From Sphagnum compactum (taxonomy: Eukaryota), in assembly GCA_965153455.1 (NCBI GenBank), contig OZ234493.1, positions 36,074,213-36,138,212 of the forward strand: DNA of 64,000 nucleotides. Direction: 5' to 3'. Made by a program: the position numbers and the translations under genes. Shown piece after piece: positions 1 through 13,884 of the stretch. How positions within the stretch are numbered: the stretch's first letter is position 1; every line of letters starts with the position of its first letter. A model generated the notes under the pieces. The model saw only the letters and a list, made by a program, of their open reading frames with translations, searched no databases and was not told the origin of the DNA.

Positions 1-383
1 TTACAAGGCACCATTTGGGAGGGAAAAGCAATTGGTTCGAAAACCCCCCCCCCCCACAAACAAAGAAGAGAAAAGAAAAGAAAAGGAGAGGTCATGATTT
101 GAAGAACTAAGATGCAGGCTAGGGTTTAGGGCCTGAACCCTAAACCCTAAATCCAACTCAAGGATTCAAATTGCTTCAAATGAGTGTCCAAACTGGTTGG
201 ATCCTACAAATTTGGATCCTGAAGGACCCCATTTAAAGTGGGCCTAACTTTAGGGTTCAAAGTTTCAAACACTGAGGCTGGCGCAGATGTCAGTCGAAGC
301 ATGTGGCATAACTTTCTGCCAGTGAGAATAGGTAGCTGTTTCACGTTGTCGTACCTGACAGCCACCTTCAAACAGTTTCTTAA

Positions 384-437
384 TCCAACGGCCTCTCGTC
401 CACCGCTTCCGTTTCCCGCTTACTGGCCGCAACGGTC
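384..437 (+). promoter_or_regulatory. MSA-like (MYB3R, G2/M) element cluster
   Basis: TCCAACGGCC at 384-393 fits YCYAACGGYY. A second AACGG core lies at 431-435 and CCGTT near 410. Telo-box AAACCCTA motifs at about 120-150. May serve tubulin or a divergent gene left of the window. Confidence 0.5.
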
Positions 438-1060
438 GCGATTGCGTCCATCTTCGTAAGCAGTAGCCGCTAATTCGAGACTGGTTCCAACCGGTCACTG
501 AAGGCGAAAAGCGCGCTGGCCGACACGGGAGTCGCAGCCCTTTTTTCAACTGGTGAAATTTCGCCAAAAGGAGAAAAATTTTAAAATCCGAAATTCGAAA
601 AAGAAGTGATTTTGGAGGTGTTCAGTCGCCAAAAATGACTAATCTTTAATCATCCTTCTAAATTATAGGTTACACACTGAAAACCATTTTTGGTTTATAG
701 CCAGAGCTGGCTAAATCTTCCCCAAGGATGACCGCCGCTTTGGTTCAGTTTGTTTTTTCCCATTTTGTGATGTTGCTCAAGTGGTGAATATCCCCATAAC
801 TATATCTATCCAAATTTGGCGATATGCAAAACAATGAAAGTGGAGCGGTTGTGGTGATTTTTTTTTTCCGATTTTAGAAATAGAAATAATCATTTCTGGC
901 GATTTCAAAATTTAAAACAGTGAATTTGAGACAAGGTACTTTTTTTTCCCTTTTTTTCGAAAAATGGCGAAAATTCTCCACAAAAGAAATCAGTGCTTGG
1001 GCTACGAACAAAAAAAATTCCTCCAAAAACACTGACCGGGAGCGGCGGTGGGGAAGACCC

Positions 1061-1063
<3 letters not shown>

Positions 1064-1093
<30 letters not shown>
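1064..1093. repeat. (GA)n microsatellite upstream of tubulin
   Basis: About 15 GA units read directly. Confidence 0.95.
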
Positions 1094-1099
<6 letters not shown>

Positions 1100-1346
1100 A
1101 TAAACAGAGCAAAGAAGCTCTTGCATCTCCAGTTCTCTTTTCTGTACTTCCTCTTCCTGTTCTTTCCGTTCGTGAAGGCGTCTTTGCACACGCCTTTCTC
1201 GAAGTTTCTTCCGCTGTAGTTGTTGCTCTCTTTTGTGATACTACTCGCACAGCATTTTCGTTTTAGATCTGAAGCTTTTGGTCAGGTGTCCTCCGTCCGT
1301 TTTGCTCAGTTATCTTCTCGTTTTTTTCCTTCTCCCTCCCCTCTAG

Positions 1347-3099
<1,753 letters not shown>

Positions 3100-4743
3100 G
3101 CTTCAGGTTATGTGTGCAGGAGTGACTGCTGAAGTTGGACAGGAGTTTCATTGGCTTGGCATTTGGACTTAAAATGATGTTCTGTTTGGTGCAATTTAAG
3201 GGTCGCATGGTGAATTTACATGGTTTGTTTGTTGGTTTTAAAGTAGTAAGACTTACTCATTTGGACTTACTCATTTGGTCCTACATCTACCATGTGATTT
3301 TTATTTCATCCCGCATTACGAAGATTGTTCACCAGCAGTTAATATGACTTGGAGTCAATATTTTGGGAGCTTCATCTAGTGCTGTTTTTTTATACAAACG
3401 AACTTTGTTGATTTTAGATCCAGAAAACCCTAAATGCCCCAAGAAGTGGACACTATAAGATAATTTACGAACTGTTGGAAAAGTTGGAGAATCATGTTAA
3501 ATAATCATTCTAATCAAACAAACGTCCTCCAGAGAATCCTACCTCGAAAATGAAATGAAGATATTCATGCATTAATGGAAATGAGAAATAGGGAAATGAA
3601 CTCTTGTTTCCGAGAGAGTGCACTTTCGCGTCCTGTGCACACTGAAGTTCTGCGGCGTTAGTAGACAAAATTGCTATACTTTTTCTTTTTTTCCTGTTGT
3701 ACCTGTTTACCAGAAGACAGTACCAGGTACCACAGCGGAGGATAAAAACCTTGTTTACATAGCGGAGGAAAAGTACGCGGTGAAATATTCTCTCCAATTG
3801 CAATGAAAATTTGGAAGAGCACCGTAGAGAACGTATTCTAAAATAGTGATGAACAATTTATATAACAGACGATTTATATGAACAATTTATACAACAGACG
3901 ATTTATATCTAGCAAAAGATGATACTATTAGGTTAACTATTGGAAAACAGCCTGATCCAGTAAATCTGATATTTGGAGGTTTACCGAACACTCTGAACTA
4001 CTTTATAAGCCTGGATGAAAGGACATGTCCAGGGCTCCCCTAGAGTGGCAGTAGAAGAAATGGCTTTCCTACTAATTACAACGATTGATTGGTCTGTCAA
4101 GTAACATCTCACTTTGAACAGTATTTTTCAGGTTTATGAGTGGAGATAGGGTAGGAACTAATTAGTGCACATTGAGTACTGATAGAGGATTGCTGATGGG
4201 CCATGCTCTAGGGTTTGGTACTTAAATAATGGCCATAATTCCTGAATGCTAAATAACCTTTGCAGCTCTTACAGAAATAATGATTTGACTTCAAGCTAAA
4301 GCAAACTCTTCATATGCAATACAGTAGTGCCCTTTTAGAAATAAGTCTTCAAAGCCTGCTGCCTACTACTTAGAAAAATTACAACTTTGCAAAGCTGGTA
4401 GAGAAAGTGCATATCGTTTTGTTATGATTTTGTTAAGAGTCTTTAAACCCATCGTTATTATCATGCAAGCAAAAAGCTAAGATAAAAAAAAATTTCGAGA
4501 AATTTTGTTTATGAATCTATAGAAAAAGACCATTGGTTGAAAGAAGACACAAATGAAAAAGTTAATGTAATACAAGGGCAAGGGGATGTAAGACTTTGTT
4601 ATGTGGAACGTCCTGGAGCCAGAAAACAGCAATAGAGCTCAAAAGAAACATGCCAATTGCCTAACCAAGCATTCATATAATGTAATGTACAAAATCAACA
4701 CTGATTTTTGCCCTACCCAAAGTTCCAACCCAAATTTTGAGCA

Positions 4744-5006
4744 CTAACCTTCTTCTTCATTGAACATCAGGTTCCCAGAAAGAAGATCATTGTGCACAAG
4801 CACAACAAACAGGTGCACCAATGGTGTCACTAATCTCCTGTAGAAGGTAACAACACTGCGGACATAGAATGTAGTCTTTAAACCCTTATTGATAAATTTG
4901 AATATGTCATGCCAAACTTGTGGTTCTTTGGATCGTGGTATGTCCAATCCATGAAGCCTTTGGACTTCTGCAGCTATGGGTACAGCCAGCTCCAGTTTTG
5001 CCATAT
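4744..5006 (-). pseudogene. Ethanolamine/choline kinase gene fragment
   Basis: IAAEVQRLHGLDIPRSKEPQVWHDIFKFI and HNDLLSGNLMFNEEEG (Brenner-type motif). There is an internal deletion and a frameshift after EISDTIGAPV. No other exons were recognised. Confidence 0.8.
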
Positions 5007-6661
5007 GTATATATCAACTGTCCCAACACAATCAAAAGGATTTATGCACATGAATTTGTCTCAACTCACATGAGCTGTGCAAAGAGAGAACACATGGAAT
5101 TTCTCATCTCATTACTTCAGTGTTTTCTGTAGTCCCAAGAAGCAATGAGATCTGTTTTGATTTGACCTGGGATGATTTTTCACAATTATCTGTTTTCACC
5201 TTGCATGTTCAACTAGTACATGAGCATAATAATAATATTGACAAATTCTTGTACATATTCAGAAGAAAAGAGGAAAGTGAAGATGTGGCAATATGAATCA
5301 CTGAGTGTCAACCAGATCCCTGAAAATGCCTTTGATGCATGCACCATCCCAACTAGAGAATCACTGAAAACCGGGCAGAGGGGCAAAACATTTACAGAAT
5401 CCCTGAAAACGCGGGGAAAACACTACAGTGCAAGCAAGAAAGCACTTGGGAAAGGAAAATACTTCCAAAAGAGAGAGAGAAGGCACCAGAGCTTCAAATG
5501 CTTGAATTCAACAACAATACTTAAAGCAACAACCAATAAATAAACAAGGCACTTGTTGCATAATGGCTCTGCCCTTCAAATGGCATTCATAAGGATGATA
5601 TATGACACAAAAAATTGAAAACACATGGTGGTTAGCATGGTGAAGCCTTAGTGGATATGTCAGTTATGCTTGAAATGTTTCTACAGTGGACTCCACATGA
5701 CCCAGCTAGAATGTAGGGATACCAAACTTTGGCCCCTTTCTTTCTGGGTGCATCCCAATGTCTCTACTCTCTACCCTGAAGGGGAGAGACAACAAAACAG
5801 TTCATTATTATTATTGATTTTCACTGGCTGGCTGCAAATGCCACCCACATTGCACATCTCCCGGTTCACTTCTCTTAAGAATTTGAAGTGTTTGGCATCT
5901 CCCTTCAGTACTAGGCAAAGTGTACAATATGCATGGTGTTGTGCTAGCATTGTTATGGATCCATACTGATTGAATTATGTTTTCAATCAACTGTAGAAAT
6001 GGTTTCTAGAGTGGATTTGGAGTTTTGAATATTTTATCAGATTTGATTCTCAGTTTTTTCTGTAGTTTTTATGTTTGTTTGCATATTCAATGTTTTGAAT
6101 TACAATATGATAGTACAAAAATTTCAATTAGAAGAGCAGAATAAAATTAGCATCTACCATTTGGCAACCATCCCTAGGATGAATTTGGGGTAGGAAATCA
6201 AAATTTTACAGATTGTTTGTCTTTATTTCTTGTTGCTTTGTTGAAGAATAGAGAGGTTGTTATAAAGATTTATTTTTTTCCCTACATATTCACAATTGGT
6301 CAAAGGGCTGCTAGGATTCAAATCTGAGCGAAATAGTTGTTGTGAAGATTTGATCTACAACAATTTATTCATCAAGAAGAACCATGGAACAGGGATGAGC
6401 ATGAATCGCATCGTGACCTAAAGTTTGTAGAGACAATTAAACTAGGTTTTAATTCAGCAAAATGCAACAAACAATGTAATAAATGTGGAACCATAGTTAG
6501 TAAATGATGCAACACATTTTCACACTCCAAAAAAAGTACAATATAATGCAAATGATACCCAAGATAGAGGAGCACCCTATAAGGTATACGTAGTTGTCTG
6601 CAACAATTATGGAACCTTAAAATCATTTACTAGTAAAGCAATGAGGCAATCCGGTATCCAA

Positions 6662-7875
6662 CACTATGAGAAAATAGGTGTTTTGTAATTAGGTTTGCAA
6701 TTAAGTTTTAGTTGCAATTTTGAATTGCATTGACCACTTGTATGAGTTGCGAAAGTTGTAGTGGCACAACTGACCGTATATGAAATTGTATACATATATA
6801 ACTTGTGGAACTATGTTGCAACTACTATGTAATTATGTTGTTACTATTGTGCCATTATATTGCAATTTTTGTGTCATCATGTTGCAACTACTATGCAATT
6901 ACACAAGCAATAATGTGTTGATGTGACAATGATGTGCTAATCAATCATCAATAGATGTGGGAATTTTTAAAAATTATTTTGATGTAATATTTTTATTAAT
7001 TTAATTTATATCCTTAAACTTAAGGCAATAAGATGTTAACATGTGGCACTTTTAGATCAATAGGTAGGTAGTAGTTATGCCTAGGTAGATAGGTAGGTCA
7101 TTTGGGATTATTATATTTTATTTGGGTTTAACCTTTAAGGCCAAACCTTCTTTTATTGGTTTGTTCCAAATGTCATTTGTTTTTTAAGATTCCTAGTGCA
7201 CTTGTTCATATGTTGTAAACCTTAAACTTGAAACCTAATATCATGTGCTACAAACAAAAGGAGACAATGATTGAGAAGACAAACTATTAACATCACCAAT
7301 AGTCCATGCAAGGACAAACACCATTTTCAAAGTGATGAAAATGATTAACATCTTTCACCATCATTATTCTCCCAACTATTCTTGAAATGAACTTTGTGGA
7401 AATGTGGAATTCTTCACAAACTCATAAATTTTTTTGTTATTCATAAAGGAATAACATGAGTTATGTTGATAAATGCAATAGCCGGTTTTTCGCTATGGTG
7501 ATAGAAATGGAACACCTTTTCTTATTTTTTCACATCATGCAATTTTTTTTCATACAAGGCACACACTTGCATCATGCATGAGTCTTAACAACCTTTGTAA
7601 TTGTGCATGAATTTCAATCATCTTGGGGTGGTCTTGATCATTTATTACAAACATATGTACTTCATTATTTACTTCAATCCAGGTGTAACCCAACTATTTC
7701 TTCACACCTTTTTCCTTTTTTTGTCATTCAACATTCTCACAAAAATGTTTACTGCCAACAATAGCATAGATGTTTAACAACAACACATAATTAGCAGCAT
7801 TGTCAAGCTACAATTCAATAATTTGTTTTGCAACTTGTTTTGCCATCTCCACATAACCATGAATTTTGCAATCGT
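6662..7875. mobile_element. Non-autonomous CACTA-like element; left end present, right end missing
   Basis: Starts CACTATGAGAAAAT (cf. CACTACAAGAAAA). Repeated TTGCAA/GTTGCAAC subterminal motifs near both ends of an AT-rich non-coding body. Confidence 0.5.
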
Positions 7876-8145
7876 TATGGAGGTGTGATCTTAAGGCCTG
7901 GCTTCATTCATGGCAATCGTCAAGTCGGAAGTCTCAAGATCCCCCTCAGTGCCATCGGAGCTCCTCTAGAAATGCTCTTGAAGAATGCCAAACCAGCTTC
8001 TCGACTACCTCTTGTGGGAAACTTTCTGATGCCTCCTGTGAAGGTTACCTCTGTGGCCAGGGCTGCAGTGAGATCAGCCATTGACAATGCTGTCCCACCT
8101 GGTGTTCTTGATGTGTGGAGCATCAAGCGTCTTGGAGATCACTGA
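7876..8145 (+). pseudogene. Orphan C-terminal part of an atypical NAD(P)-binding SDR (At5g10730/COQ11-like)
   Basis: YGGVILRPGFIHGNRQVGSLKIPLSAIGAPLEMLLKNAKPASRLPLVG...PPVKVTSVARAAVRSA...PPGVLDVWSIKRLGDH* has an uninterrupted frame. No N-terminal Rossmann exons were found upstream. Confidence 0.8.
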
Positions 8146-8218
8146 ATCAACGATTCAAGCTCTCTTTCTCTATGTGCCAGGAAGATAGATACGCTGAATC
8201 TATCTCTTCGAGTTCTAG

Positions 8219-8223
<5 letters not shown>

Positions 8224-8254
<31 letters not shown>
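8224..8254. repeat. (CT)n microsatellite
   Basis: Direct reading. Confidence 0.9.
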
Positions 8255-8259
<5 letters not shown>

Positions 8260-9023
8260 CCAGAAGATAGGTCACTGAATTAATCTTCTAGCTCAGAATC
8301 TCTATACATTGGATCAGATGCTGAATTTGTGAATATGGGTGGTGGCATTTGATGCTTGAACTTTCTTCTGTAAATGGTTTAGCTCCCTGGCTTCAGTGGT
8401 GATACATGTATACAAGTGCCTTTCTTGAGAGTGTTTTTTTTCTCAAGAATCTATTTTTACTTTTGAGGTCTTTGTTTTTTTGGAACAGTATCTTCAAATG
8501 ACTTTGATCTGCTTCAACTTTGTCTGAGTAATGCAGTCAGTTGTGTGTGAATGGGCAGCATGTCCTCCTCTCATCTTGTGCACTTGAGTATGATGGTTGA
8601 GCTCCACTTGGCAGTATGCATTCCATTGCTGCATATACTCCTGGTGGCGGGTGGCAGTCTACAACTTTGTGGACTGCAGTGCCCAGTTAATCAGCATCAT
8701 CACCATCATCATCAACTCTTGTCTGTGGCTTGCTGGAGTTCTGCTCCCTGCATAGATTAATTCTTACTTTCCTTCTTGAGAGGAGGGCATGTCCTTGAGA
8801 GGAGGGCATGTTCATTCTTATCACTGGAGTATCATGCATGGTTGAGCTCCACTCCTCTGCAGTAAAGGTACAGTCAATTCCTGCATATTGGTGCACATAC
8901 TCCTGGTTGTGATTTGACAGCTTTGTGGATTTGCAGTGCAAGTTTATCATCACTTTTCATCTCTGGGTTTGCTGGAATTCCTTCGGATTTGCTTCTCCTT
9001 CTGAGCTTCTTCAATTCTATTTA

Positions 9024-9079
9024 GAATTTTTGGATGTCTGAAGAACTCTCATGAAAGTTCTTCAGACATCCAAAAATTC
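9024..9079. repeat. 56-bp near-perfect palindrome
   Basis: 24-bp arm GAATTTTTGGATGTCTGAAGAACT (9024-9047) and its exact reverse complement (9056-9079). Centre CTCATGAA. Confidence 0.95.
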
Positions 9080-9654
9080 ATCACAATTCCTCACTTTCAT
9101 GCAGGACCTTTTCTATCTCTATTTGTCCTCCCTCAATTTGCAATCTTGTGCTCATTGGTGCTTGGAGTGATTGCAGCAGACCTGAGTTACGCTGCTTTTG
9201 CATTGTATGGTTGGCAGTTGCACTAGAGTAAGCAAAGCACATTTACATTAGGCTGTAAAAATGAATTGAAGAAAAGGATTTGAATCATCACAATCTTTCA
9301 GGAAGAAAATAAAAAGGGGGGATTCCTGGTGTCATCGTTTGATGAATACAAAAACTCCCACATGCTTGTTCTCTTGACAGAAGCAGCATTCAGAAGATTT
9401 GCAATAATTTCTTTCTGTAAGGAACTGAATTTCTCATTGCTGTTTAAGGAGAACTAGTTTCTTTTGTAAGTAGTAGTTGGATAGTCCTTTTCAGCAGCTC
9501 CTAGAGTATCTGAAGCCCTACTTTGACAACAAAAATGTCTGAAAATTCAGAAGCCCAACACTCCAGGAACGACAAACAGAAGTTTGTATGCCCAAAATAA
9601 AAACCAGAAATGCCTCCCTTGGGCCCACTTATGATAGTTCAACTTTGGGCAAAG

Positions 9655-9850
9655 ACTATGGGATAAAGGGTGGTGCTATTGGGAACATATTGGGACCTTG
9701 AGGAACATGGTAAGAATACATTGGGAACCTGATGTGAACACGTTGAGAACGTGAAGGGATAAAGTGTGGTGCAATTGGGAACATATTGAGACCTTGAAGA
9801 ACATGGTGTGAACACATAGGGAATTGATCTGAACAAATTAGGAACATCAA
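9655..9850. repeat. Degenerate tandem duplication rich in GGGAAC/GAACA motifs
   Basis: GGGATAAAG.GTGGTGC.ATTGGGAACATATTG.GACCTTGA.GAACATGGT occurs at about 9661 and about 9756. Confidence 0.8.
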
Positions 9851-9970
9851 AGTCCAAACCCTCTGGCTCAATTGCAACCCCGAACATTGCAGCTTCAGCA
9901 TCTTATAGTGTGGCTAGAGCCAACCCATAGCCTCCAATGCACCATTTATTGAATGCATGCTATTTGTGCA

Positions 9971-12450
9971 GTAAAGCCTCAGGGTGGGGGCATTCCCAAA
10001 ATAAGGGGCCTAGGACAAGGTGGTAGTCAAGGGCAACCCCCCACTTGTGGGCTTTACCCACGGTAAAGCATGAGGTAAACATTATCATGGATCTACATAT
10101 ACATAGATAATGAGGCATAGAGAGTTCTTTTGCCTACTCCTTAGGACCGGCACTTGGATCTTACACTTATAAGTAGGCACAAATTCATGAAAACTTGCCA
10201 ACCTTCAAAATAACAAAGCACCCAAAAAAGGGGGAGAAAAGGTACAAGATGGATGGACCCAAGCTCAAGCAAAAATAACAAACCACCAACTAGGGCAAAT
10301 CGCAAGGGGAACATGAACAAATTAAGTTCTCAAACCCCCTTCTCCCTATTTGCAAGGAGCATATCGAATAAGGAGAAGGGAGGAACACTAGAAAAAACAC
10401 TTAGCCTAGAAGAACCTTCACATATAGGAACATCACACCTTGAAATAAAGGCCACCTACATTTGTTACAACGTCACTAACACCCTATGTCTGGAAAATGA
10501 ACATAAAACTAAAAGAGGAAGGCCTCCAAAGCCTTTTGCACTCCATGCCATGTTGGCACATCAATGAAGAAAATTGTTGGCATGTTGATGCAAACACCCA
10601 AAGACCTTTACGGCTAGAAGGAAAACCAATTTGTTGGGTGTCAATCGTGATAAAGGTCATCTTTAATGTGGGCTCAACTACAACAACAAACCCACAAGAT
10701 AGAACTGCCCGCAAAACCAAGTTTGCTCAAATGGGGTCAATGATGACGATGTTAACTAATGTTCGAATACCATCCACCAAAACCATAATGTCGACTTGTT
10801 GACAGGTAAATTAAAGATTAAGTGGCGAAAGAACGTGAGTTTGCTCACGTAAAACATGAAATCTTGTATGCCTCGCAATAGATGCAAAAATATCCCACGC
10901 AACATCATGAGAAGTCATCCTCTCCCCCACCATGGGTGCAATGAAGAAGGTGAATCCCCATAAAGTCCAAAGGTTAACCACAAATGTAATGTGACAAGCC
11001 AAGGGTTAAGGGATAAGGAGGCCCAATCAAATGCGCAACGTAATGGAAAAAACTTTTGAATTCAATCGAAACAAATGGATCACTAGGCAAGCAAACAACC
11101 ACACACCTACACCTAGCCCCACACAAGATCTTAAATGCGCCCAATGCAAATCAAAAGGCAAATAAAATATGATGCTAGAAAAATAATGGTCATGTAATCT
11201 TTTTGAGATACTTTCATGAAATCAATTTGTTCCTTTCTCTAATAGCTATTCAAAAGGGGGTACGCATGCCACCACCATAGGAAAAAGAAGCTCATGCGCC
11301 AACCTCAAATGAACCTAAGCTACTTGTTGTTATTGCTTCTAATAAAAACAGGTGAAAGTCCAATAGGAACTTAAAGGCAATGATGGGGGCAACACGAGCC
11401 CAACTCCTTAAATAGGCCGTTGGAGCAATGCCTTTTATAGAAATGAGGCCTAACCTTCCATTAGAAATGGGGAGACAAACTTGCCATCAGATTAAAGGAA
11501 CATGAGGGCATTCACAAGAACCTGGGCCCAAAAGCTTTTCAAAAACTTTCAACAAAGTTGAATCAAAAGTGGCAAGCTAGCTTCGAAAACTTGAAAGAGG
11601 GGGGGAAAAACAAAGCAAATAGGAAGGCTTTTGAGTGAAACACCAAGGATCCCAAATGCTACCTAGCTGTCCTTTAACCTCGGGAGTGCATCAACATGAC
11701 AAACATCCTCATCCAAAGCCCCTTGCAAAAAAGATGAGGAGAAAGAACCGAAATTAAAAGGGACGCCCAAGATCCTAATGTTGTCAATAAAGCAACAAAA
11801 ACTAGTTGGGAGGGCGAACCCACAAGGCAAACCAAAAGGGGTTCAAGCCAAACACTTGCAAGGTTGAACGATCAACCCCATAGAAGCCAACTAGGAAACA
11901 AAATTATCAAAAACAAGGGGAACAACATGGGTAGGGCCAAAAATATGGGTGTTATCAATCAAGGAAGGGAAAAAAACAAAAGGGAAACATGCTCGAAGAA
12001 CAACGCAAAGCTCAAAAATGAATGAATGTGAAAAAAGGCCCAACAAGGGGGTCACCTTAACACACACCCATAGATGGAAGGATGATAGACAAATCTCCCA
12101 AGGGGGAGTGATGATTACAGAACAAAAGAAGCTACAAATCATAAAAGGAATGAACAAAGGGGAACAACTAAGACAACTAGCCTCTTGTCGCTTGAAGCTC
12201 CTAGAAAATGGCAGGTTACATGAAATTGTGTTGAAGGTGTTCACTACATCCACTTGAAGCACCACCAATTAGGGTGGACATCCAAATTGACTTTAATATC
12301 ATGGACCATTGCCTCGCAACCACCCCTAATCGCCACACTGAATTGATGTGGTAATAGGTGAAAAAAAACACAATGCGATACTATAGACATAAAGCCTTAC
12401 TTACTAGACAATAAAATGCCTTACCCACTACAATTGGCCAAATGCCACAT
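9971..12450 (-). mobile_element. Degenerate, 5'-truncated RLE-type (CRE-like) non-LTR retrotransposon
   Basis: Minus-strand RT motifs: GIWPIVVGKAFYCLVSKAL, PHQFSVAIRGGCEAMVH, LQVDVVNTFNTIS, GVC*GDPL, SLIDNTHIFGP. Then a zinc-knuckle remnant (ICG*PLDFMGIHLLHCTHG..HD) and RLE-like QVDIMV..DGIRTLVNIVIIDP and VKVFGCLHQH. Many stops and frameshifts. Confidence 0.82.
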
Positions 12451-13884
12451 GATAATGTTAACCAAAATTTTGTTTTCAAAATGATAGCTTAAAACTATGT
12501 TAATTTCTTCTTTTGCAATAGGTTGGTTAATAGCTCCTCCAATGGGTACAACACTAGCTTCCTCCACAAGTTCAACTTGGCTCAAAATCTGAGTACCTGT
12601 TATTACTATAATCTTTAGTCGATTAGGTTTATATGATAGGCATCATATATACCTCTTATGCATGAAGAGTGTTAAAGATTAAAGTAATTCCCAAACCTAC
12701 ACCTATTTGTGGTGGGGGGTCAATGGTATGGTAATAGATAGAAATTTTAAAGCTCTTAATTTGTTATTTACCACAAATGATGATGTATCAACATGTTTAG
12801 GTACCTCAACAAGTACTATTATAGTTATGACATATAAAGGTATGATCTCTAAACTTGTTCCTCCTCTAATGGGATTGATTGATTTGGTGGTAACAATAGG
12901 TTGCCTTCTTGGATCAGGTCCAAATGTAGATGATGATGCACGTATTTCCCATGTGCTGGTTGTAATCTCCACAAACACAAAAAAAGGTGGTTCATATTTT
13001 AAATTTAGAAAAATAGTTCAATAGGCTTGTAGTTCCAATTGGGGATTACTGTTTGGTGAGCTTGTGAAGGAGAAGGTGAACCAACGAGTAGGAGGTAGAA
13101 GGCATATTCCAAATATAGTGCATCCATGTTAAAATATACCCCGACAAAAATATATTTTGCCACATTAGCAACAACTCACACATCATCACTACCACATGGA
13201 TTTGCCACATGGACACCTAACAACAATGTCTTTGTTTAATCAAATGTTAGTACAAAAATCTACCAAGGTTGGTGCCCCATGTGTTGAAGTAAAAAAAATA
13301 ATTTGGCACATTTATTATGAATTTTTCCCTTTAATTTTAAACATGTCCTATGTGGCAGAATATTATGTATTAGCATATTTTGCATTGCCACATCATTCAT
13401 GGCCATTATCATCTTGGTTGTTATAATGGGATACAAATCAAACATAGTTATAATATGAACTTGTCAGCAAAACATAAGTGGTCAAATATAATAATTATCT
13501 ATATAATACAAAAATCTTTTGACAAAAGATATTTCAACCATTTTAACAACATTATTATGAATAAGATATTTTTAAAACACACTATAAAATTGATGCGCAA
13601 TTTGTAAATGTATTTTACAAAGGGTTAGTAATTGAGGGCATAATATGTTTCAAAAAATTGCAGCTTTGTGTGCAAGCTAATTTTTTGTTCTTTCCCCATT
13701 CCAATGCCGATTAGATACATTGCCCATTCTATAGTTGAGCAAATGGGTTCACACCAACACCTAATTAGTGGTAACCATAACACTCCAATGTGCTAAGACC
13801 ACGAATAACAAATTACAAACAATCAAACATGTAAAACAACAACATACCTTTATTCAACAACAAAGGTTTAAAAGCAAACATAAG

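Noticed and set aside
120..150. TTTAGGG/CCCTAAA units as telomere or telomerase RNA template
   Set aside because: Only about two units per strand; similar telo-boxes occur at about 26681 and 42368.
874..1266. Overlapping ORFs with ERER/SLSL runs
   Set aside because: Artefacts of the (GA)n microsatellite.
9899..9910. CTTATAGTG as right TIR of the CACTA element at 6662 (would make a Pack-CACTA)
   Set aside because: Short match, and the 3-bp flanks differ (CAA versus TGG), so there is no TSD.
12480..13150. Possible LTR gag-like remnant
   Set aside because: No diagnostic motif, LTR or PBS identified.
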